NCBI GenBank assembly: GCA_963740085.1
Contig: CAVUCU010000004.1
Coordinates: 706,011-770,010 of the forward strand
Direction: 5' to 3'
Origin: Nitrospirota bacterium
GTDB lineage: Bacteria; Nitrospirota; UBA9217
DNA length: 64,000 bases
Of this stretch, positions 41,719 to 51,772 are shown in pieces. The notes under the pieces were generated by a model. The model was not told the origin of the DNA. It ran no database searches and saw nothing but the letters and a program-made list of their open reading frames with translations. Position 1 is the first letter of the stretch, and the number at the start of each line of letters is the position of its first letter. Made by a program: the position numbers and the translations under genes.

Positions 41719-42748
41719 TCATGCTTTCCTGGCTTCAGCCGGGATAACAAAAAGCGTGATCTTGTCTGTTCCCCGGATAAACCGTATTGGCATGCTCGAC
41801 CCCGCTACCTCATGGGTAAGGAGCCGGTGCAGATCATCGATTCCCGGCACCGGGATACCGCCGAATCCAATGATAATATCTCCCTCGTGAAGTCCCGCCT
41901 GTTGTGCCGGACTGTCCGGCTCGATCTGTTCAACTCTTACACCGCTCTCGACCGGGAGGTTGTAAAATCGCACAATGCGTCGATGCAGTGGAACATTACT
42001 GGCCGCCAACGCCGATATAGCTCCGGCGCACCCTTCCCTCCTTGATCAGGGCCGCTGCGATGAACTTTGCCGTATCAATGGCAATTGCAAAACACAGGCC
42101 CTGTGCAGGCATGATCATTGCCGTATTCACGCCGATCACCTCTCCCCGTGAATTGACAAGCGGACCGCCGGAATTTCCCGGGTTCAGTGCCGCATCGGTC
42201 TGGATCACGCTGTCGATGAGGCGCCCCGTACGGGAGCGAAGCGAGCGACCCAGCGCACTCACGACACCGGCGGTCACGCTGCACTGGAATCCGTAGGGAT
42301 TGCCGACGGCGATCACGAGCTGCCCGATGCGGGTGGACTCCGAATTGCCGAGCGGAGCAGCGGCCATTTTTGGCGCATGGATACTGATAACCGCCAGGTC
42401 GGTATCCGGATCATCCCCGACCAGTGTTGCTCCGTAGCGCTGTCCATCAACCAGGGTCACCCCGATCGCGGAGGCGCCGTGCACAACGTGGCTGTTGGTA
42501 AGAATAAAACCGTCAGGGGTAAAGAAAAACCCCGACCCGCTGCCCTGCGCCTCTCCCGGCCGCAGGCCCCCCACCTGGCGGGACACCTCGATGTTCACGA
42601 CGGTCGGGCTGATCCGCTCCGCGGCTTGCATCACGGCACGTGAGTACGCATCCAGAAGACCATCATCCAGGTACACCGATGAACCGGCAGCCTGTGCAGC
42701 TTCGGAGTACGGATTGCCGGTTGCGGCGATATCCAATACCTGTTTCAT
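41719..42748 (-). pseudogene. HtrA/DegP-like trypsin + PDZ protease, frameshifted (or sequence error)
   Basis: [17 protein letters not shown] protease stops at GVGGQ*; PDZ continues in another frame; one extra T near 41998. Confidence 0.75.
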
Positions 42749-42916
42749 CCTCTTTACCTCCTGGTGTATTTTACCACTGTTGTCAAGAGGATCGTGGAAA
42801 GACGGGCTGATGTTTTCCAGCGCGCAACTGCATTTTATTGTTTTAAATTTTATCCTGCCGGTTTATAATCATGCTAACGTTTGCCGATGCGGCGGAAAGG
42901 GAGACGGGGTCCCATC

Positions 42917-43237
42917 ATGAACCTGTGGAGCGTAGCTGCTCTTGTTTTAGTACTGAACCTGCCATTCGGCTACTGGCGGGCAAATGTGGACAAATTCTCG
43001 CGCCAGTGGTTCCTCGCGGTCCATGTTCCCGTGCCCTTTGTCATTGCGCTCAGGATACTGTCGGGGCTCGGCTGGCATTTTTCCACGTTTCCCGTCATGA
43101 TCGGCGCATTCTTCGCCGGACAGTATCTCGGAGGGATTCTGCAAGGACTCATGAAGCAGCATAGGACCCCGGTCACCGCATGCCTCGTGATGGATATCGC
43201 CGCCGGTCTCGGCGTGAGAAGACGCAATATTGGCTGA
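42917..43237 (+). CDS. Small membrane hypothetical protein
   Basis: NLPFGYWR...WFLAVHVPVP hydrophobic ORF with GGAG RBS. Confidence 0.65.
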   Translation: MNLWSVAALVLVLNLPFGYWRANVDKFSRQWFLAVHVPVPFVIALRILSGLGWHFSTFPVMIGAFFAGQYLGGILQGLMKQHRTPVTACLVMDIAAGLGVRRRNIG

Positions 43238-43402
43238 AGATCCCCGCTGGTTTTCTCCCCTCTTGCCGCAACACTCCCTGCTGATCTTCACTGCACCCGT
43301 TTCTTTCTTTATGATTCGATGTTGGAGAGCGGTGAATGGGAATGGGGCAAAAAACACTCAACGTGGTGATTTTGCGACTCTAGACGATGTATACTATACT
43401 TA

Positions 43403-43529
43403 TGATGGACTTGTTAAAAGATCTAATTTAACCGCTGAGGCACAGAGCACGCAGAGAATATCTTGAATATTTCAAAGTGCATTTCTCCGCGTCTCTGTGG
43501 AGGATTTGGCCTTTTTTACGAATGCATCA
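43403..43529. repeat. Nested REP-like element (GATGGAC..AAAAG ends around an ACCGC.GAG..CAGAG core)
   Basis: Outer imperfect IR tgatggacttgttaaaag/cttttttacgaatgcatca; inner cacagagcacgcagagaa/ttctccgcgtctctgtg. Confidence 0.5.
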
Positions 43530-43600
43530 CGAACGGGTATTTTCCCGAAAGGATGAACTCGCCAAAAGACATCTGCGTTGAGGAGCCAGGAGGCTATAAG

Positions 43601-44365
43601 ATGAACATCACGCCGTCAACAGATAAAGAAACCGGAAATCGCGCCATTGTTATCGCGGGCGGGCAAACCAGGGATATGCTCTCCCTTTCCTTTCTGCTTC
43701 AGCGGTTCGCATACAAGGTCTACAGCGCTCACACGTCCACCCAGGCCCTTGAGCTTATCTCATCGGCCCGTCCGGCCCTGGTCATTGCCGAACCGGTCCT
43801 CGCGGGGGCGAACCACACGGACCTCCTTCATCTGCTGATGAAGCGGGACAGGGCCGTCGCGTCCATTCCCGTGCTCTACATGGTTTTTCCCGGCGACTCC
43901 GCAATGGAGCAAAAATGTCTTCAGTACGGAGCGGCCGGCTGCATCTCAAAACCTGTCCAGGCCGAGGAATTGTTTCATGCAGTCCAGACAGCCGTCGAGC
44001 CAAAACCGCGCGCCGATATCCGGATCGACACCCGTTTGCCGGTTTCCCTGGACAATGTTCCTCTCGAGTGCTCCGACGATGAAGGCGGATGCGCGATCGA
44101 CCTGTCCGCGCATGGGATGCATGTTCCGATGGCCTCGCCCTATCCCCCGAACAGGCGGCTCAAGGTACGGTTCAGCATCAAAGACCGGACTATCTCGGCA
44201 GAGGGCCGGGTGATGTACAGCCATACCCCGGGGGCGGGATCAAACCGCAAACCCGGCATGGGGCTCAAGTTCAGTACCATCGAGCCGCAGGACCAGGAGT
44301 TCATCAGAAAGTTCATACGAGATGAGGTCATGAGGGATGTAGCAGCGGCATTGAGCGGGGCTTAA
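43601..44365 (+). CDS. Receiver (atypical) + PilZ domain protein; paralog of 21450-22190
   Basis: AGGAGG RBS; SKPV receiver end; RADIR...DLSAHG...GMGLKF PilZ. Confidence 0.8.
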   Translation: MNITPSTDKETGNRAIVIAGGQTRDMLSLSFLLQRFAYKVYSAHTSTQALELISSARPALVIAEPVLAGANHTDLLHLLMKRDRAVASIPVLYMVFPGDSAMEQKCLQYGAAGCISKPVQAEELFHAVQTAVEPKPRADIRIDTRLPVSLDNVPLECSDDEGGCAIDLSAHGMHVPMASPYPPNRRLKVRFSIKDRTISAEGRVMYSHTPGAGSNRKPGMGLKFSTIEPQDQEFIRKFIRDEVMRDVAAALSGA

Positions 44366-44503
44366 CAAACGCAATAACGGCGACGGAGGGAACCGGGCAT
44401 CTCCCGGAGAGTCGTCAGGATCACCCGGAGGTTCGTTCAGAAGGCTCGATACTGTCAACAGGAAAGACCTGGTCCAGGATGTTCATATAATGTTCCATTG
44501 GTG

Positions 44504-44923
44504 CTAAGATCGCCCCAACAAGCTCCTTTTCGCGTTGCCTCTCCCTGCAATATGACCGCCCGCCATGCCGATCGGCACCATCGCCGCAAAACTGACTGCT
44601 TCATACCAGAGAGGCAGGTTGGGTTCTCTCAAAAAAAGACCAAGCACCAGACCTATTCCCGCAACAACCGCTCCGTGCAGGATCTCGGCCTGCCCTGCAG
44701 CGCGCCCGGCGACATAACCGCCGATGAACGTAAAGCCGAGGCCGACGATCGTCATGAACATCAGTCCGCTGAAACCGTGCATTCGAGCGGTAATTTCATA
44801 CGTCGGGATCCCGTATGCCCCCATCGCAAACATCATCGTGAATGCAATGGTCAGTGTGCCGAGCGTATCAATGAGGAATCCCAATAATATGGCCCTGAAT
44901 TTAAGTCTCCGTATTTGAAACAT
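44504..44923 (-). CDS. Small integral membrane protein (about 4 TM)
   Basis: GGYVAGR.A...LHG hydrophobic ORF. Confidence 0.65.
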   Translation of the reverse strand: MFQIRRLKFRAILLGFLIDTLGTLTIAFTMMFAMGAYGIPTYEITARMHGFSGLMFMTIVGLGFTFIGGYVAGRAAGQAEILHGAVVAGIGLVLGLFLREPNLPLWYEAVSFAAMVPIGMAGGHIAGRGNAKRSLLGRS

Positions 44924-45144
44924 TGCACCTTTCTTGATTCTGCAAGATCCGAGCGTCCGCTTAAGATCTGACTTATCTCTGAGTACTGCAAATCAGTATG
45001 TTCGGCAATTGCCCGCCGGATAAAATGGTCAAGCGCAGCTTCGAGAATATCAAAGAGAAGAGAGGAAGTCAAACAGTAAAGAGTGAGCTGCCCAATAAAT
45101 AGATGCAGGCGTGGTGACGTTGTTTCCCGCGGGGCATAATAACG

Positions 45145-45186
45145 AAGAACCCTGAGCATAAGGTAAATTGCTCAGGGTTCTTTTTG
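45145..45186. terminator. Rho-independent terminator-like hairpin
   Basis: aagaaccctgagca-N10-tgctcagggttctt followed by T-run; downstream of the CMD gene stop. Confidence 0.6.
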
Positions 45187-45208
45187 GCTTGACTGTTGAA
45201 CAGTTGGG

Positions 45209-45604
45209 TCACGCCGCTTTCTTCATTCCCCTCGCGTGTTCTCCGGCACGCCTCAGTTCGTCCTTGAACTGCTCATAATCGACCTGCATGCCGTTTAAGT
45301 ATGCGCTCCAGCCGGCGCTGGACTTGGCGTAATGTACGGCTTCCTCGATCTCCATATCGGTAGCGCCGAACAACTTCGCCATCTCAGTATGGAACAGCGT
45401 GCAATAGCGGCATTTGGAAACAGCCGAAAGCCCCAAGCCAATAAGCTCGCGGTATTTGTTCGGGATTGCACCCGGCTCGACCTGAATTTTTTTAAAAAGT
45501 TCCCACTCATTCTCAAGAGTAGCGTCCGGTATGGTTTTGAGGAAACTGGGAACCAGCCCGAACGTCTCTTTCATCTCATTATATATTTGTTCCCTGGTCT
45601 TCAT
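45209..45604 (-). CDS. Carboxymuconolactone decarboxylase/AhpD family protein
   Basis: FGLVP, KYRELIGL, CRYC..FH, GAT..EI.EA. Confidence 0.85.
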   Translation of the reverse strand: MKTREQIYNEMKETFGLVPSFLKTIPDATLENEWELFKKIQVEPGAIPNKYRELIGLGLSAVSKCRYCTLFHTEMAKLFGATDMEIEEAVHYAKSSAGWSAYLNGMQVDYEQFKDELRRAGEHARGMKKAA

Positions 45605-45845
45605 GGCATTCTCCTTTCTCTGGAGGTCCATTCCGTCCTGTGCTGTACCGACAAGATGCGCTGCGAAATGTACCTCCTTAGCATCAACTACCCCTCTTAT
45701 AGATAGTATACCACCGCTTTCTCTTCCGTTTCAAACCGCATTGGTTCCCTGACCCCTAAGATGTTGAAATTAGGCCCGTACATGAGCCCGTGGTCATCAA
45801 CGGGTAGTGTCAAAAGTTCTATGAAAACCGGAGAGGCGAGTATGA

Positions 45846-45998
45846 AACCACAGAGATCACAGAGGAAAGTCAAAGATCAGAGGACGGGGCAAAGAATTGT
45901 TTGATTATGGCCGCATAGGCACAAAGGACACAAAGCAGACGATCCCCTTTGTGAATTATGTGCGTTATGTGGAGATATTCTCTGAGCTCTCTGTGGTT
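45846..45998. repeat. REP-like inverted element (AACCACAGAGA...TCTCTGTGGTT)
   Basis: Perfect 11-bp inverted ends with internal CACAAAG/CTTTGTG sub-repeats. Confidence 0.55.
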
Positions 45999-46106
45999 AG
46001 AATTTGACAATACGCATCAATGAATGAGGAGAAAAAATGATGATTGCTGATGATTTCGGGCGAGGATTGAGTTAAGATAAGGTAATCAAACGTAACGTGT
46101 CGCGCC

Positions 46107-47909
46107 ATGACGAACCTTCTCTCCTTCATATCCAGATCCCTCGCGGCAAAACTGATCATTGCCCTTGCCTCGCTCATCGTCATCGGAGGGGGCATGTCCT
46201 CGTACGCGTTGATCCATGCCGGCAAGAATAATCTTGTAAATGAAGCGGTTAAAGACGCCGCCTCTTCCTCGGACCTCGTTAAAAAGAGCGTGCACTACAG
46301 CATGCTCACGCGCAACAGAGAAGCCATACAGCGTACCATAGACGACCTGAAGTCTGCCAAGGATATTACGAAGATAAAACTGTTCGACAGCAAAGGAAGC
46401 ATCTTTTATTCTTCGGAGCGGGAGGAGATCGGCCGTCAGGTCAACAAGGCTGATCGCGCCTGTCAGGGCTGTCATAGTGATGATGGAAAACCTGCCAATA
46501 CTTTGAACGAAACAGGACAATGGACGACCTATCAAGGCGAAGCAGGCTACAACATGCTGACGTTCATCACACCGATCTACAACGAACCTTCCTGTTACAC
46601 GTCCGCCTGCCACGTCCATGCCCGGGACCAGCGGGTACTCGGCATCCTTGCGGCCGATTTTTCACTGGCCTCCGTTGATAAAAACATCAAAAGGCAGACG
46701 ATACATACGATCCTGTATGCCCTTGCCTTTATGGGCCTGATCTCCGTTGTCCTCTATCTCATCCTCCGGAAACTGGTATTGAAACCCGTCATCAGCCTCT
46801 CGAACGCCATGGCAACCGTCGCCGAAGGAGATCTGGGTCTCCGGGTGACCCCGGTTTCCCGGGATGAGATCGGCCTGCTCGTCCGCAGCTTCAATGACAT
46901 GATAAAAGAGCTCGGGACAGCGAGGGAAAAGATGGAGGATTGGACCGCGAGCCTTGAACGGGAAGTGGCAATAAAGTCGAACGAATTGAAGAGGTCCCAG
47001 GACAAGCTGATCGAAGCGGAGAAGCTTGCGGCCCTGGGAAGACTGACCGCTGATGTCGCGCACGAGATAAGGAACCCGCTCACCGTTATCGGGGGCTTTG
47101 CACGCAGGCTCCAGAAGAGCGCTACGGGAGAAAAAGAGAAGGAACGCGCCGAGGTCATCGTGTCCGAGGTCAGCCGGCTCGAGAAAATATTGCGGGATAT
47201 TCTTACGTTCTCTGGAGAAGTGCGGTCTCGCCTTGAAAAACACCCGGTCGGGGAAATTGTGCATGAGCTCGTGGACAGCCATAAACAGCTATTCATCGAG
47301 CAGGCCATAGCCATCGAGGTGGCAATAGAAAAAAACCTGCCGCCCATCCTCATAGACAAGGACCAGGTCAAGCAGGCGCTCACCAATCTCATCATGAACG
47401 CATGTGATGCAATGCCCTCCGGCGGGACCTTGAACATAACGGCGGAGATCGAATCCTTCAACGATGTGCGGTATGTCGTCCTGCAAGTGTCCGATACGGG
47501 GCACGGGATCGATGAAAAGGAATTTTCGCTGATATTCGAGCCCTTCTTTACGACAAAAGCGGCAGGCCGCGGCACCGGCCTGGGTCTTTCCATAGCGCGA
47601 AAGATCATGGAAGAACATGGTGGATTTATCAAGGCAGTGATCGCCCCGGGAAAAGGCGCCGCGTTCAGCCTCTATTTCCCCCAGCAGGGCGAAGAAGAAT
47701 CGCAAATGATAAAATGCTGGGAATTCAAAAAATGCGGCCGGGACAAGGATGCGACCTCGAAATGCCCCGCCTACGCGAATTTCGGCAGGATCTGCTGGGC
47801 AGTCGCGGGTACGTTCTGTGAAAGCAAAGTACAGGGGACCTTTGCGCAGAAATATGAAGATTGCAGGAAATGCGATTATTATCAGATGTTGAAAAAAGCG
47901 CGGGAGTAG
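46107..47909 (+). CDS. Heme-c sensor histidine kinase (HAMP-HisKA-HATPase) with C-terminal Cys/Trp-rich (two-CW-like) domain
   Basis: CQGCH and CYTSACH motifs, DEIG HAMP, AHEIRNPL, GTGLGL, CWEFKKC..CPA..CW..C..C..C. Confidence 0.9.
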   Translation: MTNLLSFISRSLAAKLIIALASLIVIGGGMSSYALIHAGKNNLVNEAVKDAASSSDLVKKSVHYSMLTRNREAIQRTIDDLKSAKDITKIKLFDSKGSIFYSSEREEIGRQVNKADRACQGCHSDDGKPANTLNETGQWTTYQGEAGYNMLTFITPIYNEPSCYTSACHVHARDQRVLGILAADFSLASVDKNIKRQTIHTILYALAFMGLISVVLYLILRKLVLKPVISLSNAMATVAEGDLGLRVTPVSRDEIGLLVRSFNDMIKELGTAREKMEDWTASLEREVAIKSNELKRSQDKLIEAEKLAALGRLTADVAHEIRNPLTVIGGFARRLQKSATGEKEKERAEVIVSEVSRLEKILRDILTFSGEVRSRLEKHPVGEIVHELVDSHKQLFIEQAIAIEVAIEKNLPPILIDKDQVKQALTNLIMNACDAMPSGGTLNITAEIESFNDVRYVVLQVSDTGHGIDEKEFSLIFEPFFTTKAAGRGTGLGLSIARKIMEEHGGFIKAVIAPGKGAAFSLYFPQQGEEESQMIKCWEFKKCGRDKDATSKCPAYANFGRICWAVAGTFCESKVQGTFAQKYEDCRKCDYYQMLKKARE

Positions 47910-47957
47910 CTTGACGTCAAGCGCCTCGGAGTCGGTGCGCGGCGCTGGATCGGTCGA

Positions 47958-48212
47958 TCACTCTCCGGAACCTCCTCCGTTGATCAGAAACCGCTCCCGG
48001 ATGATCCTCATGAAACGCGGTTTATAGATGAGTTCGAAAACGTCATCCTTGCCCGGGAAAAGGTTCCGCGCGGCCTGCCGCGTCTTCTTCAGGATGTCGA
48101 ACGCTTCCCGAAGCGTCAGGTCCGCCTGCTGCATGAGTATCGCAAGGTTGAGGTCCACGACGAACCGCAACATCCGCAGCCTTCTCTCTTCTTCCTGCAA
48201 TGCCTCGTTCAT
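47958..48212 (-). CDS. Small hypothetical protein (84 aa)
   Basis: AGGAG RBS; EERRLR...LFPGK..FELIY.PRF.R. Confidence 0.7.
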   Translation of the reverse strand: MNEALQEEERRLRMLRFVVDLNLAILMQQADLTLREAFDILKKTRQAARNLFPGKDDVFELIYKPRFMRIIRERFLINGGGSGE

Positions 48213-48238
48213 ACGCCATCTCCTGAACGTGCTTTTTC

Positions 48239-48355
48239 TGTCTGCCTTATGATACTGCGGCGTTGTTCTCATTTCAAGAGCGGAATGCCAGAGGCAAACA
48301 GTTCTGCCGTTCCCCTGCGCCGGGTAGCTCTGACGCGAGAGACACGCATAGCAAT
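48239..48355. repeat. Truncated type A 5' end (+, 48303-48355) head-to-head with a degenerate B-like remnant (-)
   Basis: tctgccgttcccctgcgccgggtagctctgacgcgagagacacgcatagcaat; minus strand reads tttgcct...cattcc...aaggcagaca. Confidence 0.7.
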
Positions 48356-48446
48356 CAGGATGATAATTGGCAAATGGCAATAAAGAAGGCCGGATGATCA
48401 AAGGAGAACTTCAAAATAAGACCCGACCCTGCGATGTTTCGGAGAA

Positions 48447-49034
48447 CTACTCTATATCGGCGAAATCCCTTCTGACCGTTTCAATATTCTCACGGTATCC
48501 TGCCCCGTCCCCAAAATCGAGGAATTTAACATAACGATGATGCAGGGTCGTCATTTTGCGTGCATGTCTTATGGGGCACCAGTACTGCTCGGTCCTTCCC
48601 GCGATCTCCTGCGTATATGCGATCAAGCCGTTCACGTAGGCGCAGTACTGGCAGTTCACCTTCTCGATGATGTTCAGGTACAGCAAGGCATGGCGGTCAA
48701 AAATAATGAAGCCCTCGCGCTTCACTTTGGGGATCCCATAGATCGGGAAACAGATCGCCTGGAACAGGGTCATCATGAGGTCAAAAAGGAGTGCTGCGGG
48801 CAACACGGACCAGATGATCGGCGCGCTCAGGATCACCGGCCAGGTCGAACTGCGGATGAAAGGGATAATCTTCGCGACAAGGGCCTTCTGCTCGTGATGG
48901 ATCCATTCCTCGAAGGTGACCTTCTTGCCGAATACCTTATAGTAATACTCATCTTCCTTTTTCTGGATCTCCAGCGCGATCTCCTTCTCCAGTTCTTTCA
49001 TCCTCGCGACCAATATATGCAGCCTGCTTTCCAT
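48447..49034 (-). CDS. Hypothetical membrane protein (NCxYCxY...EQYWCPI motif)
   Basis: AAGGAG RBS; Cys motif; hydrophobic segment. Confidence 0.75.
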   Translation of the reverse strand: MESRLHILVARMKELEKEIALEIQKKEDEYYYKVFGKKVTFEEWIHHEQKALVAKIIPFIRSSTWPVILSAPIIWSVLPAALLFDLMMTLFQAICFPIYGIPKVKREGFIIFDRHALLYLNIIEKVNCQYCAYVNGLIAYTQEIAGRTEQYWCPIRHARKMTTLHHRYVKFLDFGDGAGYRENIETVRRDFADIE

Positions 49035-49305
49035 AAAATCAGCTCCTTACTTATTCTGTGTTGGAGAATGTTCCGGCAGCTGTTCCAGTCCTGGTCGCTC
49101 TTGAAGACTCTCTTCTTATCATTGCGCGGCCGAGTGACGAGCTGCTAAAAAAGGATAGATGCACATGGAACGGGTTGCCAACCTGGATAAGCTTCTGCAA
49201 ACAGATAATTCATGAAGATGAAGAAAGCGATACTCGCAATTAAGGGACCCCATGAAACCTGCCCCTGAGCGCCGACAAGTGGAATACAAAAAACCTTATT
49301 TTTTT

Positions 49306-50655
49306 TCAGTGCATGTGCGTGCCGCTCTTGAGTTCTTCGTGAACAAATATGATATGTCCGCGGAGCACATAGAACTGGTCCGCGAACGACGCCGGCACTT
49401 TCATCTTGTTGACCTCCATCTCGATCTGGTCGATCCGCCCGAGCAGTGCCTCCCTCAGGTCGGGCGCGGGCCGCGCCATCATGTCCCGTTCGAGCGCCAG
49501 CAGCTCACGATACCACCGATAGATGCGCCGGCGGACCCGCCATCGGTAGAGCGCGGGAATGATCCGCAGCACCGGGAAAAGAACGATGACGGTCGGCACG
49601 AAGACCACGAGAAAACGGTTTACCAGACTTGCCGCGCCGAACGGAAGATACCGGTAGATAAAGGTCTTGCCCGACTTGTAGTAACGCAGCGCATCGGCGC
49701 TTATGCGGAATTCATGCTCCAGCGGGACCGGAAATTCACCCTGGCGTTTGAACAGGCCCGCTCTTCCATGAACTTCCTTCGCCGCCTCAAGCAGCAGATC
49801 CGACAACGCGGGATGCAGATCTTCGCGTGCAATAAGCTCGACCGTGGGGCCGATAAGACGGAGATCGTGCCGCGGGATGTCCTTCCCCAGATCGAGGGAG
49901 CCTTCCGGCAGCTCCAGCTTGTTCAAATAGCTTATGCGGCGCGTATAGCCGTCGGCCTGGATGAAATCAAATAGACGGATCCCCGGGCTCCGCAGAAGTG
50001 TGCGCATGACCTCGCGGGACGAGGCGTCTCCCATCATGAATGCGGCGTCGATCGTACCATCCAGCAGCGCCTTTTCCGCATCTTCCGCGTCCAGGTCTTT
50101 CAATTGGGTAGGGCCGCCGGGTACAATGCCGTTGGCCTTCAGGAGGACCAGCGCCAGTGAGCGGGTTCCACTGCCCTCGGGACCGATGGAGAGCCGCTTG
50201 CCGGTCAACTGGGAAAGAAGGTCCAGGGGCGCCGTGCTTCGGTAGAAGATCAGAAGCGGCTGATAGTAGACACTGCCGAGAGAAACGAGCTTGTCGATAT
50301 TCATTCCCGCGGACAGGCCGCCCTGGACAAATCCAACGTCGACGCGGAACTTGGGATCCGTCAGTCTCCTGAGGTTTTCGAGCGAGCCTTCGGACGGAAG
50401 GAGCTTCAGTTTCACGCCGTTGCGAGCCAGGATCTTCGCATACCTCCCGGCATTCACCTGGTTCACACTGTCCTCGGGTCCGGTCGTCATGATGATCGTG
50501 GAAGGCGGGGCCGTGTAAAAGAACCAGAACAGAGCGGAGAGAACACCCAGGCTGAACACCAGGATGACGCTGAGCGATACCGCGCGACTGAGCCCGAAAA
50601 ACTCCGCGAACAGCGACTGGATCCGGATGAACCCGGTTTCCCGACTTTTCCTCAT
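49306..50655 (-). CDS. TAXI family TRAP solute-binding protein, membrane-anchored variant
   Basis: GSLENL, FVQGG, GPEGSGT, A.RYY; N- and C-terminal TM segments. Confidence 0.8.
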   Translation of the reverse strand: MRKSRETGFIRIQSLFAEFFGLSRAVSLSVILVFSLGVLSALFWFFYTAPPSTIIMTTGPEDSVNQVNAGRYAKILARNGVKLKLLPSEGSLENLRRLTDPKFRVDVGFVQGGLSAGMNIDKLVSLGSVYYQPLLIFYRSTAPLDLLSQLTGKRLSIGPEGSGTRSLALVLLKANGIVPGGPTQLKDLDAEDAEKALLDGTIDAAFMMGDASSREVMRTLLRSPGIRLFDFIQADGYTRRISYLNKLELPEGSLDLGKDIPRHDLRLIGPTVELIAREDLHPALSDLLLEAAKEVHGRAGLFKRQGEFPVPLEHEFRISADALRYYKSGKTFIYRYLPFGAASLVNRFLVVFVPTVIVLFPVLRIIPALYRWRVRRRIYRWYRELLALERDMMARPAPDLREALLGRIDQIEMEVNKMKVPASFADQFYVLRGHIIFVHEELKSGTHMH

Positions 50656-50749
50656 GATACCAACCTCTTTCTCTTTACCAGGCCACAAAGGTCACAAAGG
50701 GCTCAAAGAAAATCCTTTGTTTTTAAAGCCTCATCCATCATCAACGTCG

Positions 50750-51625
50750 CTAATTTTTAAGATATTTGCCAAACCATCCCAGGCAGCGTTTCCATGCGTC
50801 TTTTGCTGCTTCAGGTCGATAACTGGGACGGTAGTCCGCAAAGAAGGCATGCGGCGCCCCGGGATATATGATGAATTCCGCCGTCCCTCCCCCTGCCTTA
50901 AGAGCAGTCTCCATTTCCATAACATCGGCTGCGGGAATCCCCATATCCTCACCGCCGTACAGTCCGAGAACGGGCGCTTTGATATGCCCTGCGACATCGA
51001 GGGGCCCTTCCGAACGAATGCCGGGTTTCTTTTCCGGTTTGATACTGCCATACCACGCGACTGCCGCCTTCAGTTCACGGTTGTGGGCGGCATACAGCAG
51101 CACGTACATCCCGCCGCGACAGAATCCCGTGACGCCGATCCGGTCTGGTCGGGCAGCCGGATGTTTTTTGGCATAGGAAACGAGCGCGTCCAGATCCGCC
51201 ATGACCCTCTTGTCAGGGACCGAATCGGTGATCTTGCGCACTGACGGCATATCGGGCAGATGCAGAACGCCGCCTTCCCGGGCATAGGGCTCAAAGGTGA
51301 TGGCCAGAAAGCCCTCTTTGGCAAATCGGCGCGTCACATCCTTGATGTGTTCATGCATCCCGAATATTTCAGGGATCACGAGCAGGACCGGGTATTTCCC
51401 GGCAGCCGCGGGCCGCGCCTCGTAAAGGGGGACCTGAAATCCTTCCGAAAGTACCGTGCCGTCGGCAGTAATGATTCCTTGCGTGGAAGTGGCGATCACT
51501 TCTCCTTCGACAGACTTAGAGGCCAAAGCGAAACCTGCCAGGTTGATACCCGCGGAGCTCATCTGGGCAAGGAACTGTCGCCGGGACATACCCTTATATG
51601 CGTTTGCCAGCCAGTCTTCAACCAT
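50750..51625 (-). CDS. Dienelactone hydrolase family protein with Tat-like signal
   Basis: SRRQFL, EIFG, GFCRGG nucleophile, YPGAPHAF. Confidence 0.88.
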   Translation of the reverse strand: MVEDWLANAYKGMSRRQFLAQMSSAGINLAGFALASKSVEGEVIATSTQGIITADGTVLSEGFQVPLYEARPAAAGKYPVLLVIPEIFGMHEHIKDVTRRFAKEGFLAITFEPYAREGGVLHLPDMPSVRKITDSVPDKRVMADLDALVSYAKKHPAARPDRIGVTGFCRGGMYVLLYAAHNRELKAAVAWYGSIKPEKKPGIRSEGPLDVAGHIKAPVLGLYGGEDMGIPAADVMEMETALKAGGGTAEFIIYPGAPHAFFADYRPSYRPEAAKDAWKRCLGWFGKYLKN

Positions 51626-51680
51626 GCATGCCTCCTTGTTGAACAATGTTAGGGTCAGGCGTTCACTCGCACCGAATTAC

Positions 51681-51760
51681 TGATCGTTGGGTAATGCATC
51701 TCCAGGTGAGCAGCTCTCTGCTGTTAAGTATGGCCGTATCTCTGTGCTGCATCCATGAGA
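51681..51760 (-). mobile_element. Decayed fragment of a transposase-like C-terminal HTH (copy 1)
   Basis: Translates LMDAAQRYGHT*QQRAAHLEMHYPTI; near-repeat of 54546-54625. Confidence 0.5.
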
Positions 51761-51772
51761 GGCGCTCTCTTT

